Of a stretch of 64,000 nucleotides of DNA, positions 26,156 through 38,649 are shown in pieces. Numbering within the stretch: the stretch's first letter is position 1; each line of letters opens with the position of its first letter. The notes beneath the pieces are model-generated. The model did not search any database and was not told the origin of the DNA. It saw nothing but the letters and a program-made list of their open reading frames with translations. Source of the DNA: Nemertoderma westbladi (taxonomy: Eukaryota > Animalia > Xenacoelomorpha); the NCBI GenBank assembly GCA_032718475.1, contig JAUCBJ010008162.1, forward strand, positions 1 to 64,000. Direction: 5' to 3'. The position numbers and the translations under genes were made by a program.

Positions 26156-26340
26156 CAAAGGTAATTCTAAATCAAATTGAAAGTTTAGTTATATGAATTC
26201 TATATATATTTAGTTATCAAAAAACACAATAACAAGTAAACTGGGACATCTCTCTAAAAAATAAACAGTTTTTATCGATTATCTCAGAACTACAAAAATC
26301 GACTTAGGGGGTTCTTTTGTTGCGACATTATGTTGCGACC

Positions 26341-26420
26341 CTAGCCCCCATGATGGGATCGAACCCACGATCCAAGGAGAGATGGGACTTCAATGCCACC
26401 GATTTAACCAACTATACCTG
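26341..26420 (-). other. tRNA-derived SINE-like head
   Basis: Minus strand TAGTTGGTTAAATCGG (A-box-like) ... GGGTTCGATCCC (B box). No intact cloverleaf. Confidence 0.4.
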
Positions 26421-26789
26421 AAATACTACGTGGAAAAACTTAAGTATAGTGATAGTAGTGATCGTAAATCACATATACAACGAAATACTGTTCAAAATTT
26501 ATTTTCCAGTATAAAAACTTTTCTGTAAACATGGTATTTATGTTGTTAAAGAACTAGAAATTGGTCATTTTAACAAATTATGGTCATATGAACTTATAGG
26601 ATATTAAATATACACTAGGCCTACTATACACACACCAAATTTTGCCTACTCAATCTCATAGATATGATGTACAGAAAACTTCATGAACACTACTAAAGAT
26701 ATATCTAATAGTGATACTTAAGGTACATTGTGAAAGCGAAAGGTATATAAGTAATAAAGATATTTATTGAATAAACACCGGCATAAACA

Positions 26790-27496
26790 TTCATTGGTCG
26801 TTGCTCTCAAAACAATATAACGAGTGCATAACGATTTCAAGTGTGAGTCCGTAACATTTTTTTCTGTGAGTCCGTAACGAACAATTTCTCTATAAATGAG
26901 GTTTATCAGTATATGTTTGTGCTATTAATTAACAAATTTATAAAATTTGATGTATCTACCTCGCATTGTGAATGTTATAATAATATATATATATAATGTT
27001 ATAACGTATGACGTTGAACATTTCAAGAGAATTTGTCAAAATAAAATTGGGTAATTTTTCTTTGTCCATTTACATGGGAGTGCGTAACGGGTACTATAAT
27101 TACAATATCCTATGAATCTAATGAGATACAACTCTTTTTTATAAGTCAAAGTAAAGATGTACCATTAATCCATCAGCCGCCATAGGTAAATGTTATTTAT
27201 ATTGTAAAGTTATTAATTAAATATGCCAATTAATTTCGAAAATTGCGTATGAATGTGAGTCCGTAACGATGGAATTGCCCATCTACTTGTAATTTTGGTG
27301 CTGCAAAATATCCACTCCAGTACTTTTTTTGAAATATTTTTTTTCGGTCGGATTCAGACTAGTGAAATCTACGTACTAACAAAAAATCAGACGTTTTCAT
27401 TAAAATTTGTAGATTTTAGAAAGGGGGGGGTCAATATGACCCCCCCCCCCTCCCCGTATTTGTACAACATTTTATAGCCCGGTAATAATAGGGTTA
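26790..27496. mobile_element. DNA transposon end fragments
   Basis: Repeated subterminal motif GTGAGTCCGTAAC (about 26843, 26866, 27255) ending in ATGGAATTGCCC at about 27280. It is followed by a piggyBac-like right end ...AGGG-TTAA at about 27490. Confidence 0.35.
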
Positions 27497-29159
27497 AATA
27501 TACATGGCAGTAATATATTCGTAGGCCTACGCATTGAATATTATATGGTGGTGTGATGATATTACCCAAACAACCCTTGCCAGCTATTGCATTCTAAAAC
27601 CTCAAGGAACATTATTGAATATTATGGCCTTGAATCCTAACATAAGACCTACCGTAGTAACATTGTCGTACTAATGCTTATAATATACTAGAAGGTGAAT
27701 TTACGATTCGGATTAAATAGATTTTGTTCGTGGCATATCCATGTTTACAGACAGGCTAAATAAGTAACATTGTTGGAATAATAATTAAATTAATAAATAA
27801 TTAAACGAATTAGAATAAATTTATAATGCTATTAAATTCTTACATTATTATTTTTATATCTATGTTAATAATATATAAATATCTTATTTTTCAATCAAGT
27901 TTGAACATACTGTACAGTATAGTACAAATATGTTTGTTGGCACATAGAGAATAAATAAAACAATAGGAATCCGTAGAACAATGTACAGTATAAAAGTAAA
28001 TAATTAAGAGCGAGCATGTCCCTCCCTAGCTACACTGAATCCAAACAGTTGTCTCACCGATTTTCTTAAAGGCGAATTTGAGACTGTTAAAAATAAATAT
28101 GCGTTGAAGGTAAAGATATCGGCCCAAAGTGCATTGCAATATTACAGCAATAACTATTAAAAAGTATAAGTTTAACTAGATTACTCTACCTATTTAATTT
28201 GTTATATTAGCACGGGAATACATTAATCTAGTTTGGTCTTTAATATCTTCGACATCAGAAAAATCTGAGGTGATGTGAAATCCTAAATATATAAATTTGT
28301 TTACCTACATTTGTTCCTAATTTATTACCATCCAATGTAAAATCCGTATGCTAGAATATGTAGCCGAAGGCAGGACCTTATCGCCCCTATAAATTGCATT
28401 TTTGTTGGGAACTTATCGCCCCCAGTTCATAGTTTTTAGGAACTTATCGCCCCTGGGTCTTTATCGCCCCCGAGTCTCTCCCCCCTTTCTCATACTTCCT
28501 CTAAGTCACATATTTTACTGTAGTTTATACTCAAGTAGTTTCAGTTAGAGGAGGCCAACAATTAGAAATTATATTATTCATATTTTCATATTCAATTCAT
28601 AGACTAAGCAGCAGCTTGATTTAGTGTTAACCATTTGTTGCACTTGTTGCTTTTAAGCAACAGTTATATTATTAAGTATTAAGTAAGTAAGTCAAGTCAG
28701 GTCCCCAGATACTGCTACCACTCGCACTATGGCAGTAATGTTGTAATACCTGTAGCTGTCAGCTTATTAGGGCAGGCCCGATAAGCAAAGCACCAGTAGC
28801 CTATTAATTCATTATTTATAATAAGTGAATTGTTGTGGGGCGAGTGACGCGGTGTATTAAATATACAATGTAAATAGGACAATATGATAATGCTCTCCAT
28901 AGCGAAAAATATCAACCGGCCCTATTGGGGCTCGAATACACCGCGTCACTCGCCCCACAACAATTCACTTATTATTATTAATTAACAGCCTGGGCCAGGT
29001 ATACGGGGTTGCAGTGGTTTCTACAACACTGTATAATAGTTATTCTTTGAGGCATGGTTGCCATTTCTGGCAGAGCACGGGAATAACGAACTTGTACTTT
29101 CCATTGAGTGATTAGTTGGCCTAAATATGATCTCCCACTCTACAGCGAAATATTCATCC

Positions 29160-29315
29160 GGTCTGGTAGCTCAGTACACTCACCCGGCTGATGATAACCA
29201 GAAGTTTGAAACCTAGGTACCGGGTTCGAGCCCCAATAGGGCCGGTTGATATTTTTCGCTATGGAGAGCATTATCATATTGTCCTATTTACATTGTATAT
29301 TTAATTCATTATTTA
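29160..29315 (+). mobile_element. tRNA-derived SINE-like element
   Basis: GGTAGCTCAGT (A box start) ... GGGTTCGAGCCCC (B box). An inverted partial copy lies at 28857-28936. Confidence 0.45.
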
Positions 29316-30169
29316 GTTGATCAAGAGTGGGTTGGTTTTAGTCCCATCAACTAAATAAGTCGTTGAGGGCTATAGCGTCTAGGGCACCATTGAAGGCAAA
29401 GGCTTGAGTACGCGTTATGCGATTTCCTCATCGGTTTAAAGCAGTTGGTTTAAGATGTTTAATGAGATTTATACATTAGATGTATAAGCCCATATCTAAT
29501 GTACAAACTAACTCAGAATTAAGTAGCTCCCTGCTTAATCTACCAATAATCACTACTTATTGTACTATAAATATAATATGCTTTATTTAACGTACGTCCC
29601 AAGATCTTTTATTTACCAAACGATCGCAGCGAGGGAGGTAAATAATTCAGATCGAGGGGCGGAAAGGTAAATAATGTGTTATAACTATCGCTCAATATGT
29701 AATTTTATTGTTAAAATCATTCTTATAATTATAATTATTAAAATATATTGTTGTTTTAAAAATAAGAAATTAAACATTGCACCAGTCGCACCGCAGTAAT
29801 TCATCGTCCTTATTGTTGATACCAATTGAAAGGTGTCGTTACAAGGATTTCAAATTTGTAAATAACTATTAATGATATTGAGAAATTGCTGAGATATGGT
29901 CGTTCAAAAAGTGCAGGTCTTAACTTTTCAATTTCGTAGAAGATAGACTTTATGATTCTCTACAAGCAACCAAAATTTCAGCTCTGGAAAATGAGGCGTT
30001 CACGAGAAATTTAACATTTTCTAAAAAACACATAATCTGTCGTAACTGACGTCAGACTGCATGATTTTTCACCAAACTTTACAAATTTTCTAAACTTTCC
30101 CTCTACTACTTACCTACTAAGTTTGGTTCAATTTCAAATCAGCGATGCCAAGAAATTCGCGTTCAAAGA

Positions 30170-30295
30170 TTTACCAGACAAAAAGACGGACAGACGGACA
30201 GACAGACAGACGGACAGACAGACGGACATGCCCCATTTGCCCTATATGAACCGTATGCCAAGGCTCGCCGACTACGTGTCTCGCCCCACAAAATT
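30170..30295 (+). repeat. (GACA/GACG)n microsatellite and hairpin end of a Helitron/DINE-like element
   Basis: GACGGACAGACAGAC array followed by a GC-rich imperfect hairpin. Confidence 0.4.
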
Positions 30296-31639
30296 ACTCC
30301 TCTTGAAAACACTAACTTTACCATACCATAATTACTGTAATCAACTATTAATCTCATTACATACTACTGTAATAAACACGGATACAAGGATAATTATAGA
30401 AATTTGTAAAGGTACTAGTATTCTATGCATTAATAACTATTTTTGGAAAACGGATATAAGACTCTACAGGAACAGAACTACGGGAAAAGGGTAAAATACC
30501 AATATTAAAAGGGGTAAGAGAGTATTTTGGTTTAATATATTTATTTAAATACATATACAATCTTTCTGAACCATTTAAAGTAATAGATCAATCGTTTTTA
30601 CCAAAGAATAAAATAAATTTAAATACACGCTCTAAAAACGTAAATATACCGAAAACCTAAAACAGATACGGATACGAAAGCATAATAGTAAGCCTAATAA
30701 AAACATGGAATGCACTGCCAATCAAAATAAAGAAAATTACAAATCGTAACATTTTTAAATCAAAATTAAAAAATAATTCCTACCAAAATATAGCCATGAT
30801 GGCGGACTTGCACCCATTACTGTCGGGAGCTGCCCTGCTGGGTGGGGTGGTGTTTTCTTTTTGTTTTAATTTACTTAAGTAAGGCTTTAAAGTAATTTAA
30901 CAAATTATGGACCGTATATAGTATAGTGACTTGCATTGCAATTCTAATCTTTTATAGTTATTTGTAGGTATTGTACAGTACGGTACACGGTGCAGCCAAG
31001 CTGCCCCCTGGAACCCTGTGACGCTTCTTATTTGCTTACATTTATCAGTACATTGTGTATTAAATGCCTCATGCAAATTTCATTTAATTGAGTTTTTAGC
31101 AAATAAAATAATTAATTATTTATTATTTAGTTATGAATTTCTTTATATGTTTTCTCATTCATGTTTCGATGAAGGTTCCATTGTTATATTCATATTATTT
31201 TCAGTGAGCATCATTACTCTAGTATCAAGCTTAGTTAAATAATCATTTACATTGCTATAAAATGTAGATACAATCGAAACTTCCTCATCGTCGTCAATCA
31301 CTTCTTCAATAAGGTGAAATATTTTTTAAATTTTAAATTTTCATATTCCTTTAAATTTGTATAATATCTATTTATTTTACCGTATATAATTCTTAAATCT
31401 TCTATATTTACCTGAGAGCCAGCATCTAATAAAATACCTGCTTAGTGACCAACTTAAAACAAAAAAATTTCAATATGTCACCTTTTTCCGCTTCGCGCTG
31501 CACGAAACATATTCATTGATTTTTGCTTTTTTCGGAATTTTACTTTTTTTCAAATGTCTAATGCAAAGTATTTTACTCTATTTTCCTCCAACTAGAAAGG
31601 TATATATACCTTACCTGTTGTTTTAATCATTAATGGTTA

Positions 31640-31900
31640 AATATCGTTTATTGTTTTGTTTAGAAAAGCCTGCCTCTGTAACCTGTCAATATAGTTTATT
31701 GTTTTGGTTAGAAAAGCCTGCCTCTGTAACCTGTTACTTTCCCTCTATTGATAAGAATATCGTTTATTGTTTTGGTTAGATAAGACTGCCTCTGTAACCT
31801 GTTCCTTTCCCTCAATTGGTAACAATATCGTTTATTGTTTTGGTTAGAAAAGCCTGCCTCTGTATCCTGTCAATATTGTTTATTGTTTTGCTTAGAAAAG
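31640..31900. repeat. Tandem repeat with 50-80 bp units
   Basis: Five copies of AATATCGTTTATTGTTTTGGTTAGAAAAGCCTGCCTCTGTAACCTG variants. Confidence 0.8.
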
Positions 31901-33165
31901 GCCCCCAATGCACCCAATGGGATCCCATTGAGAGACTGCTCTGTGGAAATCAGAATGGGTTCCGTAAAGGTCGTGGGACCATGGAGCCCATTTTGGAACT
32001 TAGAAGGATAATTTAAGAATTATCAAAAAAGAAAGACAGACATCTGGCTGTTATCTTTGTTGACTTCTTCAAGGCCTTTGATTCAGTATCACGTATGTTC
32101 AGCATACTCTCATTATATGGGATTCCTGATGAAATTATTGCAGCAATCAGATCAGTATACGATGGTTCGACAACATTTGTGTCTACTGTTGACGGTGACA
32201 CAGAACTATTTGAAGTGTTATGGGGCGTCCTCCAGGGAGACACACTTGCACCATTCTTGTTCATAATTGTTGTTGACTACGTTCTACGCATGTCCTTAGA
32301 TCATCATAATGGTGATGGGGTGATGATAACTCCACCTACTGGCTCCAGAAGTCGAGGAAATCCTGCCAAGTACCTAACTGATCTAGACTTTGCTGATGAC
32401 TTAGGAGTACTCTCAGAATCACTAGAAGGAGCCCAACGGCTCCTCAGCTCATTAGAACATGCTGCTTCTAGTGTTGGTCAATTAACACCAAAATGACCAA
32501 AATTTTGACATTTAACGTTGAAAGTCTTCAGCAAGTCTCTGACCGGATGAGCATAAGCTCAAAGGATGGTATGCTTGAGCATGTGGACGACTTCTGTTAC
32601 CTCGGATTATGGATACGGAAGTCAGTTGAGGACCTTCGAATACATAAGGGAAAGGCATGGGCAGCCTTTGGAAGTCACAGAGAATTAATCGGAAACTTAA
32701 GGTCCGATTATTTAGAGCAGCAGTATAGTTCCAGTTCTCCTCTATGGGAGTCCATGCTGGGCTCTAACTGCCGAGGACACCAAATCTCTGGATGGCACAT
32801 TCACAAGAATGCTACGCCGGGTTCATTGTGTCAAGTACAATGCACACATTTCCAACCAGACACTATATAACATTGGAGGTGTCTCATTGGTTCTACCAAG
32901 CTTGACACTAGAACAAAGTCGCCTCCGCTTTGCAGGACATTGCTTTCGCCGTGAGGACCAGCCAATGCATAATCTTGTGCTTTGGCGGCCTCATGGAGTG
33001 AATAAGCATGGTGGACATCACATGACTTTCTTTAGACGCATCTTAAAGGACACTGGCCTTGAAGATGCGGATGATCTAGCAAATGTCATGCAATGGCGGC
33101 GCAATTTTGTCGACAAGCCTGCACAGCATTCTTAAAAATGCAGCTGCAATGCAGCATGCCGATCC
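31901..33165 (+). mobile_element. Degenerate 5'-truncated RTE LINE (family 2)
   Basis: NQNGFRKGR, FVDFFKAFDS, GVLQGDTLAP, LDFADD and RLRFAGHC in frameshifted pieces. Closely similar to 49341-50709. Confidence 0.9.
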
Positions 33166-33333
33166 CCCACACCGAATATATAGGGATTTTAAACTATAGC
33201 TGAATTTTCTAAGATCATTAAGGTTAAAAGATAAGAGGACATTGTGAATATTACAATTGTAGTTTATTATTTTTCAAACTGTAATAATTATTGCCTTCTA
33301 AGTAACTTTATCAATAATTAATTTCTTTACATT

Positions 33334-35007
33334 ATGGCCAATGAAGGGTTGTACAGGGATACTGAAATCGACTTGGATGAAATTCCAGGGCCAACAGATG
33401 GTGTTTATGAAGTCATACCAGATAATTTGCCAACAAATTCGTCACCAGATATTGTGAACTCTGGAACATCAGAGGATAACGTGGTTAGGAATGAAGAAGT
33501 AATAGGGAGGGGCAGTGTGTCAATGAGAAGATGGTGGGCTGGTGTTTTAAGTGGAGTTACAATGGTGTTCATATTGGTTGCAGTGGCAACAACGTGTATT
33601 TTGCTATCTAATTACAAAGAAGATATCGAAAACGCGATTGAAAATCAAAATAAAATTATTGAGAAACTGACTGAAAAGATTGAAAATCAAAATGGAATTC
33701 TTGAAAAACTGACCGATAAGATTGTTGAGCACATGGATATGGAAGCTGAGCCATTAAAGTGTCCTACTGTATCCTGCTGCTTTTCGGATGACATTTTTGA
33801 AGAAACATTCACTGTAGTAGAAAACAGTGCCAGTTCTGAAGTTGGAATTATAAACGTTGAAGGTGTAATTGAAATTGAAATAGTTAAAGGGGACGTACAA
33901 GGTTTATTTGCTGTACAAAAACCAAATAAAATTGTAACAGTATATGGACTTGACTACGATGCAGGTTCTATTCAATACGTTCTCAGAGTTAAAGTCCTGT
34001 TGCAACATTGTGCGCATTTCGCTACAGTGACCATCAATGTAGAAAACATAAATGATGAATTTCCACGGTTCACCGAAAGTACAGTTTATGGTGTTGCCGA
34101 TGAATGCGATAAATTGGGAACTGAACTCGTTCAACTTGTTGCCAAAGATTTGGATCCTGCTGATACTCTCACTTACAGTTTAGAAAATTGTTCGCCATTC
34201 TCTGTTAATGATCAGACGGGAATAGTTCGTCTAGAGAATGAGTTTGACCCAACTCTAATTGGAACATGCAGATTATGCTTTCCCAAGGTAATAGATGAAG
34301 CTGGACACGGAGCAAGCACTACTGCTAACCTTTGTATTCATTCTACTTCTAATTTAGCTGCCATCCACTTTCAAAATACTTTGAATGAGATTGAAAAATC
34401 GATTCTCCAAGTAAGTCAAATACTTTCAAACACATTAAGTTTAAGATCACGCCATATTATGATCACAAATGTTGCGATAAGTTATGATGAAAATTGTATT
34501 CGGAAACATCATGAAACCACACTAGAATTTACTGCAGTCCGTTTGAGTGACATTTCTGTTATTGATGAATATTTACTCTTAAGCACCAACCAGATCTACA
34601 CACGATTAAGCAGTGATCTTTCTGATTTAATTTTAGAACTGAGTTATAATGGTTTGATATACATTGACCACTATGATGCACCAAAATGTGACCAACAGTG
34701 TTCCTCTTCACTACCAGACTGGTGCTTTGGGTTATATTCTACTGTTGATGTAACTGAAAATACACAATTTGTTGAAGTGTATGATTATTCTAACTTGGCT
34801 TCTTTGCAAAGCATTACAATTGGAAATGTAAATGGGGGACTAGATGATTTTGATAATTTCGTAGTTCGCAATAAAGCTATTGATATTAAAGGTTCTGATT
34901 ATGAAATTAACAATAGGTTTACACTAAAGGTAAATTTGATTGGTAAATTATGTACATCAACAGCTGTTATTGATGTTAGTATACTAGATGCGGACACAAC
35001 GCGATAA
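33334..35007 (+). CDS. Intronless 557-aa type II membrane protein with cadherin-like repeats
   Basis: Acidic N-terminus with YEVI, one hydrophobic segment (WWAGVLSGVTMVFILVAVATTCILL) and a coiled-coil neck (duplicated IENQN...EKLT.KI). Cadherin motifs follow: FTVVEN, LDYD, ENINDEFPRF, AKDLD...LTYSL, FSVNDQTGIV, DVTEN, DYE...VSILD. Confidence 0.7.
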   Translation: MANEGLYRDTEIDLDEIPGPTDGVYEVIPDNLPTNSSPDIVNSGTSEDNVVRNEEVIGRGSVSMRRWWAGVLSGVTMVFILVAVATTCILLSNYKEDIENAIENQNKIIEKLTEKIENQNGILEKLTDKIVEHMDMEAEPLKCPTVSCCFSDDIFEETFTVVENSASSEVGIINVEGVIEIEIVKGDVQGLFAVQKPNKIVTVYGLDYDAGSIQYVLRVKVLLQHCAHFATVTINVENINDEFPRFTESTVYGVADECDKLGTELVQLVAKDLDPADTLTYSLENCSPFSVNDQTGIVRLENEFDPTLIGTCRLCFPKVIDEAGHGASTTANLCIHSTSNLAAIHFQNTLNEIEKSILQVSQILSNTLSLRSRHIMITNVAISYDENCIRKHHETTLEFTAVRLSDISVIDEYLLLSTNQIYTRLSSDLSDLILELSYNGLIYIDHYDAPKCDQQCSSSLPDWCFGLYSTVDVTENTQFVEVYDYSNLASLQSITIGNVNGGLDDFDNFVVRNKAIDIKGSDYEINNRFTLKVNLIGKLCTSTAVIDVSILDADTTR

Positions 35008-36569
35008 TGAAAGCTCATGTGAATATGGATTGAAGTGAAAGCTTGAAGAAACATTAATATTAGTTGATTATTTAATTAATTGTCAAGTAAGAAACCTTAC
35101 CGGTAGGTGTGCATGGACGAAATATTGCAAAAAATAAGTATGAACTAAGACACAACTGGACAAGCATAAACTGCAAAAGCTTGGAATTGTATTATATTCG
35201 CAAGCCCTGTCCCAATATCAACAAGCATAAACGTGATTTGCGCAAGTTTGTGGTTCTGCTTCCCTGTGGATAGTTACTGGTATCTCTTCATTTCATTGAC
35301 CGTTCCTTATTCCTTTCGGACTTCACGCTCAAAATGTCATATCTTGGCTTGGCCTCCTGAGAATGCCTTTGTGAGGCGAACCTACACTAATTGCATGCAA
35401 CTGTCAGGTCCAGTTGCTTTTTAGTTCATCGTTTTTTACATACTTTTAGTCCATGCATACATACCGGTAAGTATTTTTACTTAACTTTCTTCATATGAAT
35501 ATATTTATGATGGAACTTTATCTCTACAGTGTTATTGCTACATTGTCAGCAAGCGATATCTAAACATTGGCCTATGACAACATAATTCAGTCTTCAGAGT
35601 TCAACAAAATGGCTAAACTGGTTTACTGAGTGCGATAGGCATATTGGTTACATTACAGCACTACTAGTTCAATGGAACTATTTATTGTTGGGGGGGGGGG
35701 GGGGGGGGGACTTATCATTAATATGTTTTCAAATTTTATTTGTTATATATAAATTAAATTTTTCCTCCCCTCCATAGTTCGCCATGGTAGGAAGTTTCAT
35801 TGTTGCTTTCATTATATATTTGGTAGAGTCCATAAAGATGACAACATATATAAGGTTCTGTGAATAATAATTTATAAAAATAATTTAAAAGAAAAATTAC
35901 AAAATTAACTCGCCTTAATTCTACTCAACTTAATTTTATAATTTATTCATTTCAGTCATTAAAAACTCTGAATTCATTTATTTTAACTGGATTAACAAAC
36001 ATTAGGATAGTTAATTAGCGTAGTACTGAATATATGGTCTAGTGTATGCTGTATATGTGATGGGTGATTTACCTATTTCAAACAATAATATAATATTATA
36101 ATAATTTACTATAGAACGTACTGATATAAATTGAAGTAGTACATAAAAACTTACTTAATATCACATAACTTATAGCGCCAGTCAGAGTCGGACACACTAT
36201 TTCTACTATAAGTTTATAGCTATTCGTGTTCGACCTCCGATTATTATATTAAATTTAGTTCATTTTCTATAATTAATAATATTATGGTAAATATACATTC
36301 TATTCAATTCAAAAGTGTTTGATACATTTATTAGCTCTTGTTTTTTTTGCTTTACAAGCCTAATTTATTTTTAAAAAATGCTAAAATTATTAGCTAAAAC
36401 TTATTAGATCTTATTAGTACCATATTGTTAAGTACGGTTTACAATCAATCAAAGAAAGGGGGACAGCCCTTTCAATCTGCACTTCGCCCAACCCCCCCCC
36501 CCACCACCCTTCCCACCCACCAATACATAACCGCGACATCTACCACCCACGGAAGGGTAGCACGAACTT

Positions 36570-37020
36570 ATTTCCAATCGCACGTTCAATATTCAAAGGC
36601 AGGTGGTTTATAGGAATATAATAAACGCAGTACTCGTCTTCATTATAAGCCTCGTTGCGTTCGTCGTATTTTGTATTTCAATTTATTTCTTAAACGCAGG
36701 TTGACGATCTTTATAATAATAATAACTAGGGATGCGTTCAATATGTGAAGCCAGGTGGTTTATATAATAATATAGTCAACGCAGTACTCGTCTTCATTAT
36801 AAGCCTCGTTATGCTCGTCCTGTTTTGTTTTCAAATATATTTCCTAAACGCAGACTGACGATCTTTATAACTACCGATGCGTTCAAAGGCGAAGCCAGGT
36901 ATGGTTTATAGGAATATAGTCTACGCAGTACTGGTCTTCATTATATGCCTCGTTGCGTTCGTCGCTCGTCCTGTTTTGTCATAAAATATTTTTCCTAAAC
37001 GCAGACTGACGAACTTTATA
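36570..37020. repeat. Three ~150-bp tandem repeats
   Basis: Recurrent AGGTGGTTTATA...ACGCAGTACTCGTCTTCATTATAAGCCTCGTT...TAAACGCAG...GACGATCTTTATA. Confidence 0.8.
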
Positions 37021-37034
37021 CAGTTATAAATATG

Positions 37035-37172
37035 ACACTGGCCTTGAAGATGCGGATGATCTAGCAAATGTCATGGGTGATAGGGAGTTGTGGCGGTGCA
37101 ATTTTGTCGATAAGCCGGCACAGCATTCTTAAAAATGCAGCTGCAATGCATCATGCCGATCCTAGTAGTAGT
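37035..37172 (+). mobile_element. RTE family 2 3' fragment with (TAG)n tail
   Basis: Matches 33050-33165 and 49341-49485; ends GCCGATCCTAGTAGTAGT. Confidence 0.85.
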
Positions 37173-37198
37173 ATGCCATGGATATTGGATAGTATTAT

Positions 37199-37440
37199 TT
37201 GGAGCCCGCTCGACAGCGGGATACTTACTGTAAAAATCTCAGGTTATTATAACACTGACTGATAATAATCCAAGTTCAGGCACTTCCTGCCTGGCGATTT
37301 TGAAGAAATTTTGCAAGTACATTGCTTTGGTGGTTCATAATCGCGTTACAAAATTTCAGATCGATTCTATGTGTGGTATTCGATATATTTAGTTTTTTGA
37401 CATTATTTTGTCGCGAAATTAAAAGCAATGGTGAAATAAC
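37199..37440 (+). mobile_element. 5' fragment of the same Helentron-type element as 5701-7315
   Basis: GGAGCCCGCTCGACAGCGG... is the reverse complement of about 7060-7312. Confidence 0.75.
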
Positions 37441-37592
37441 AACTCCTGCCTGAGCTGCAGCAGCTAGCTGTGGAGTAGGAACGGTTGAGTGCAGGGCTGT
37501 CTGAGGTAGAATTCCATCCAGGCGGATTCTGGTCTGAGTGTACAATCAATTACTTCAAGTGTATAGCACTATAAACTGCTTCAAGGGAATAG

Positions 37593-38403
37593 TGTAATAT
37601 TTACGTGTAAACTGTTGTTCCGTTATGTTGTGTTGTCGGTGGGCAAGTATACATGTGACTTGTTTAATGTTTATATTACAAGTAGGACGTTATGTTGAAT
37701 CTATTGCATGGTAAGCGCATGGTTCACTCGTACTTAACACATTATAGTATTACTAGATTATAGTTACAAGTTGGTGAATAATATTGCAGTATTGCGGACA
37801 CATACACTCGCACTAAATGAACCGAATCTATTACAGACAGGTTACAGTCAGCACTTACCGGGTATAAAGCAAAGTGGTGTGATCCTGGGTCTTGTATATT
37901 CATGAACAATATAATGCAATAATAATAACTATAATATGATGATACAATATGGTGATAAGATTTAATGTGCACAGCAAGGTGAAATTTTATAGATTCATGC
38001 TGGCTACATGAACAATAACAGGCCTCAGATGGTAATGGATAAGCCTAGGTAATAGCAGAAGAAACATTGATTATTATACATACAGTGAAGATGGAAACAG
38101 TCAATAACGCGCAGAACACCAGAAAGTATGGCAACCAATAGGAGTTTTAGAACTATGGCAACCGATGCTGGGCAATGGATAAATAAGATCAACGGTGGCA
38201 CATGGATTGGACACAAAATATTATGCGCACAGAAGTTGAATAGTTCTCTGATAAAAATAGAAGATTTCAATATGCAGTTAGCGTGTGCATCAAAACCGTT
38301 CCCTAAAATTACGTACAAGTTCAACAATCGTTCTATAAATGACACATTATTTAGTTTTGAGATTTGAGAGGTATATACAATGTTTCGGTGACTGTAGGTT
38401 ACA
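37593..38403. repeat. Uninterrupted LTR-like repeat (TGTAA...TTACA)
   Basis: Near-identical to 5368-7793 without its insert. Preceded by purine-rich AAGGGAATAG (PPT-like). No TSD seen. Confidence 0.75.
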
Positions 38404-38649
38404 TCGCTGTTGGATACTTACTACATACGATTAATGATTTAACTAAATAGATAAATGAAATTAATTAGGGGCCGATCAACCTCCACATATAAATAATAAA
38501 GTTTGTTGAATCACTTCCGGTAGGACTAAATAAGTATTAAACGACCTTTCACACAAACATTAGAGTTTGATATATTTACAAATATGGTAGGTCGGTAAAT
38601 TAATCGGCGTAAGTAGGTAAGTATTGGGTCATATAATCCTTCAAATATG

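Noticed and set aside
26341-29250. Functional tRNA genes at 26341 and 29160 (and 5153)
   Set aside because: Only A/B boxes are recognisable; acceptor and anticodon stems do not form.
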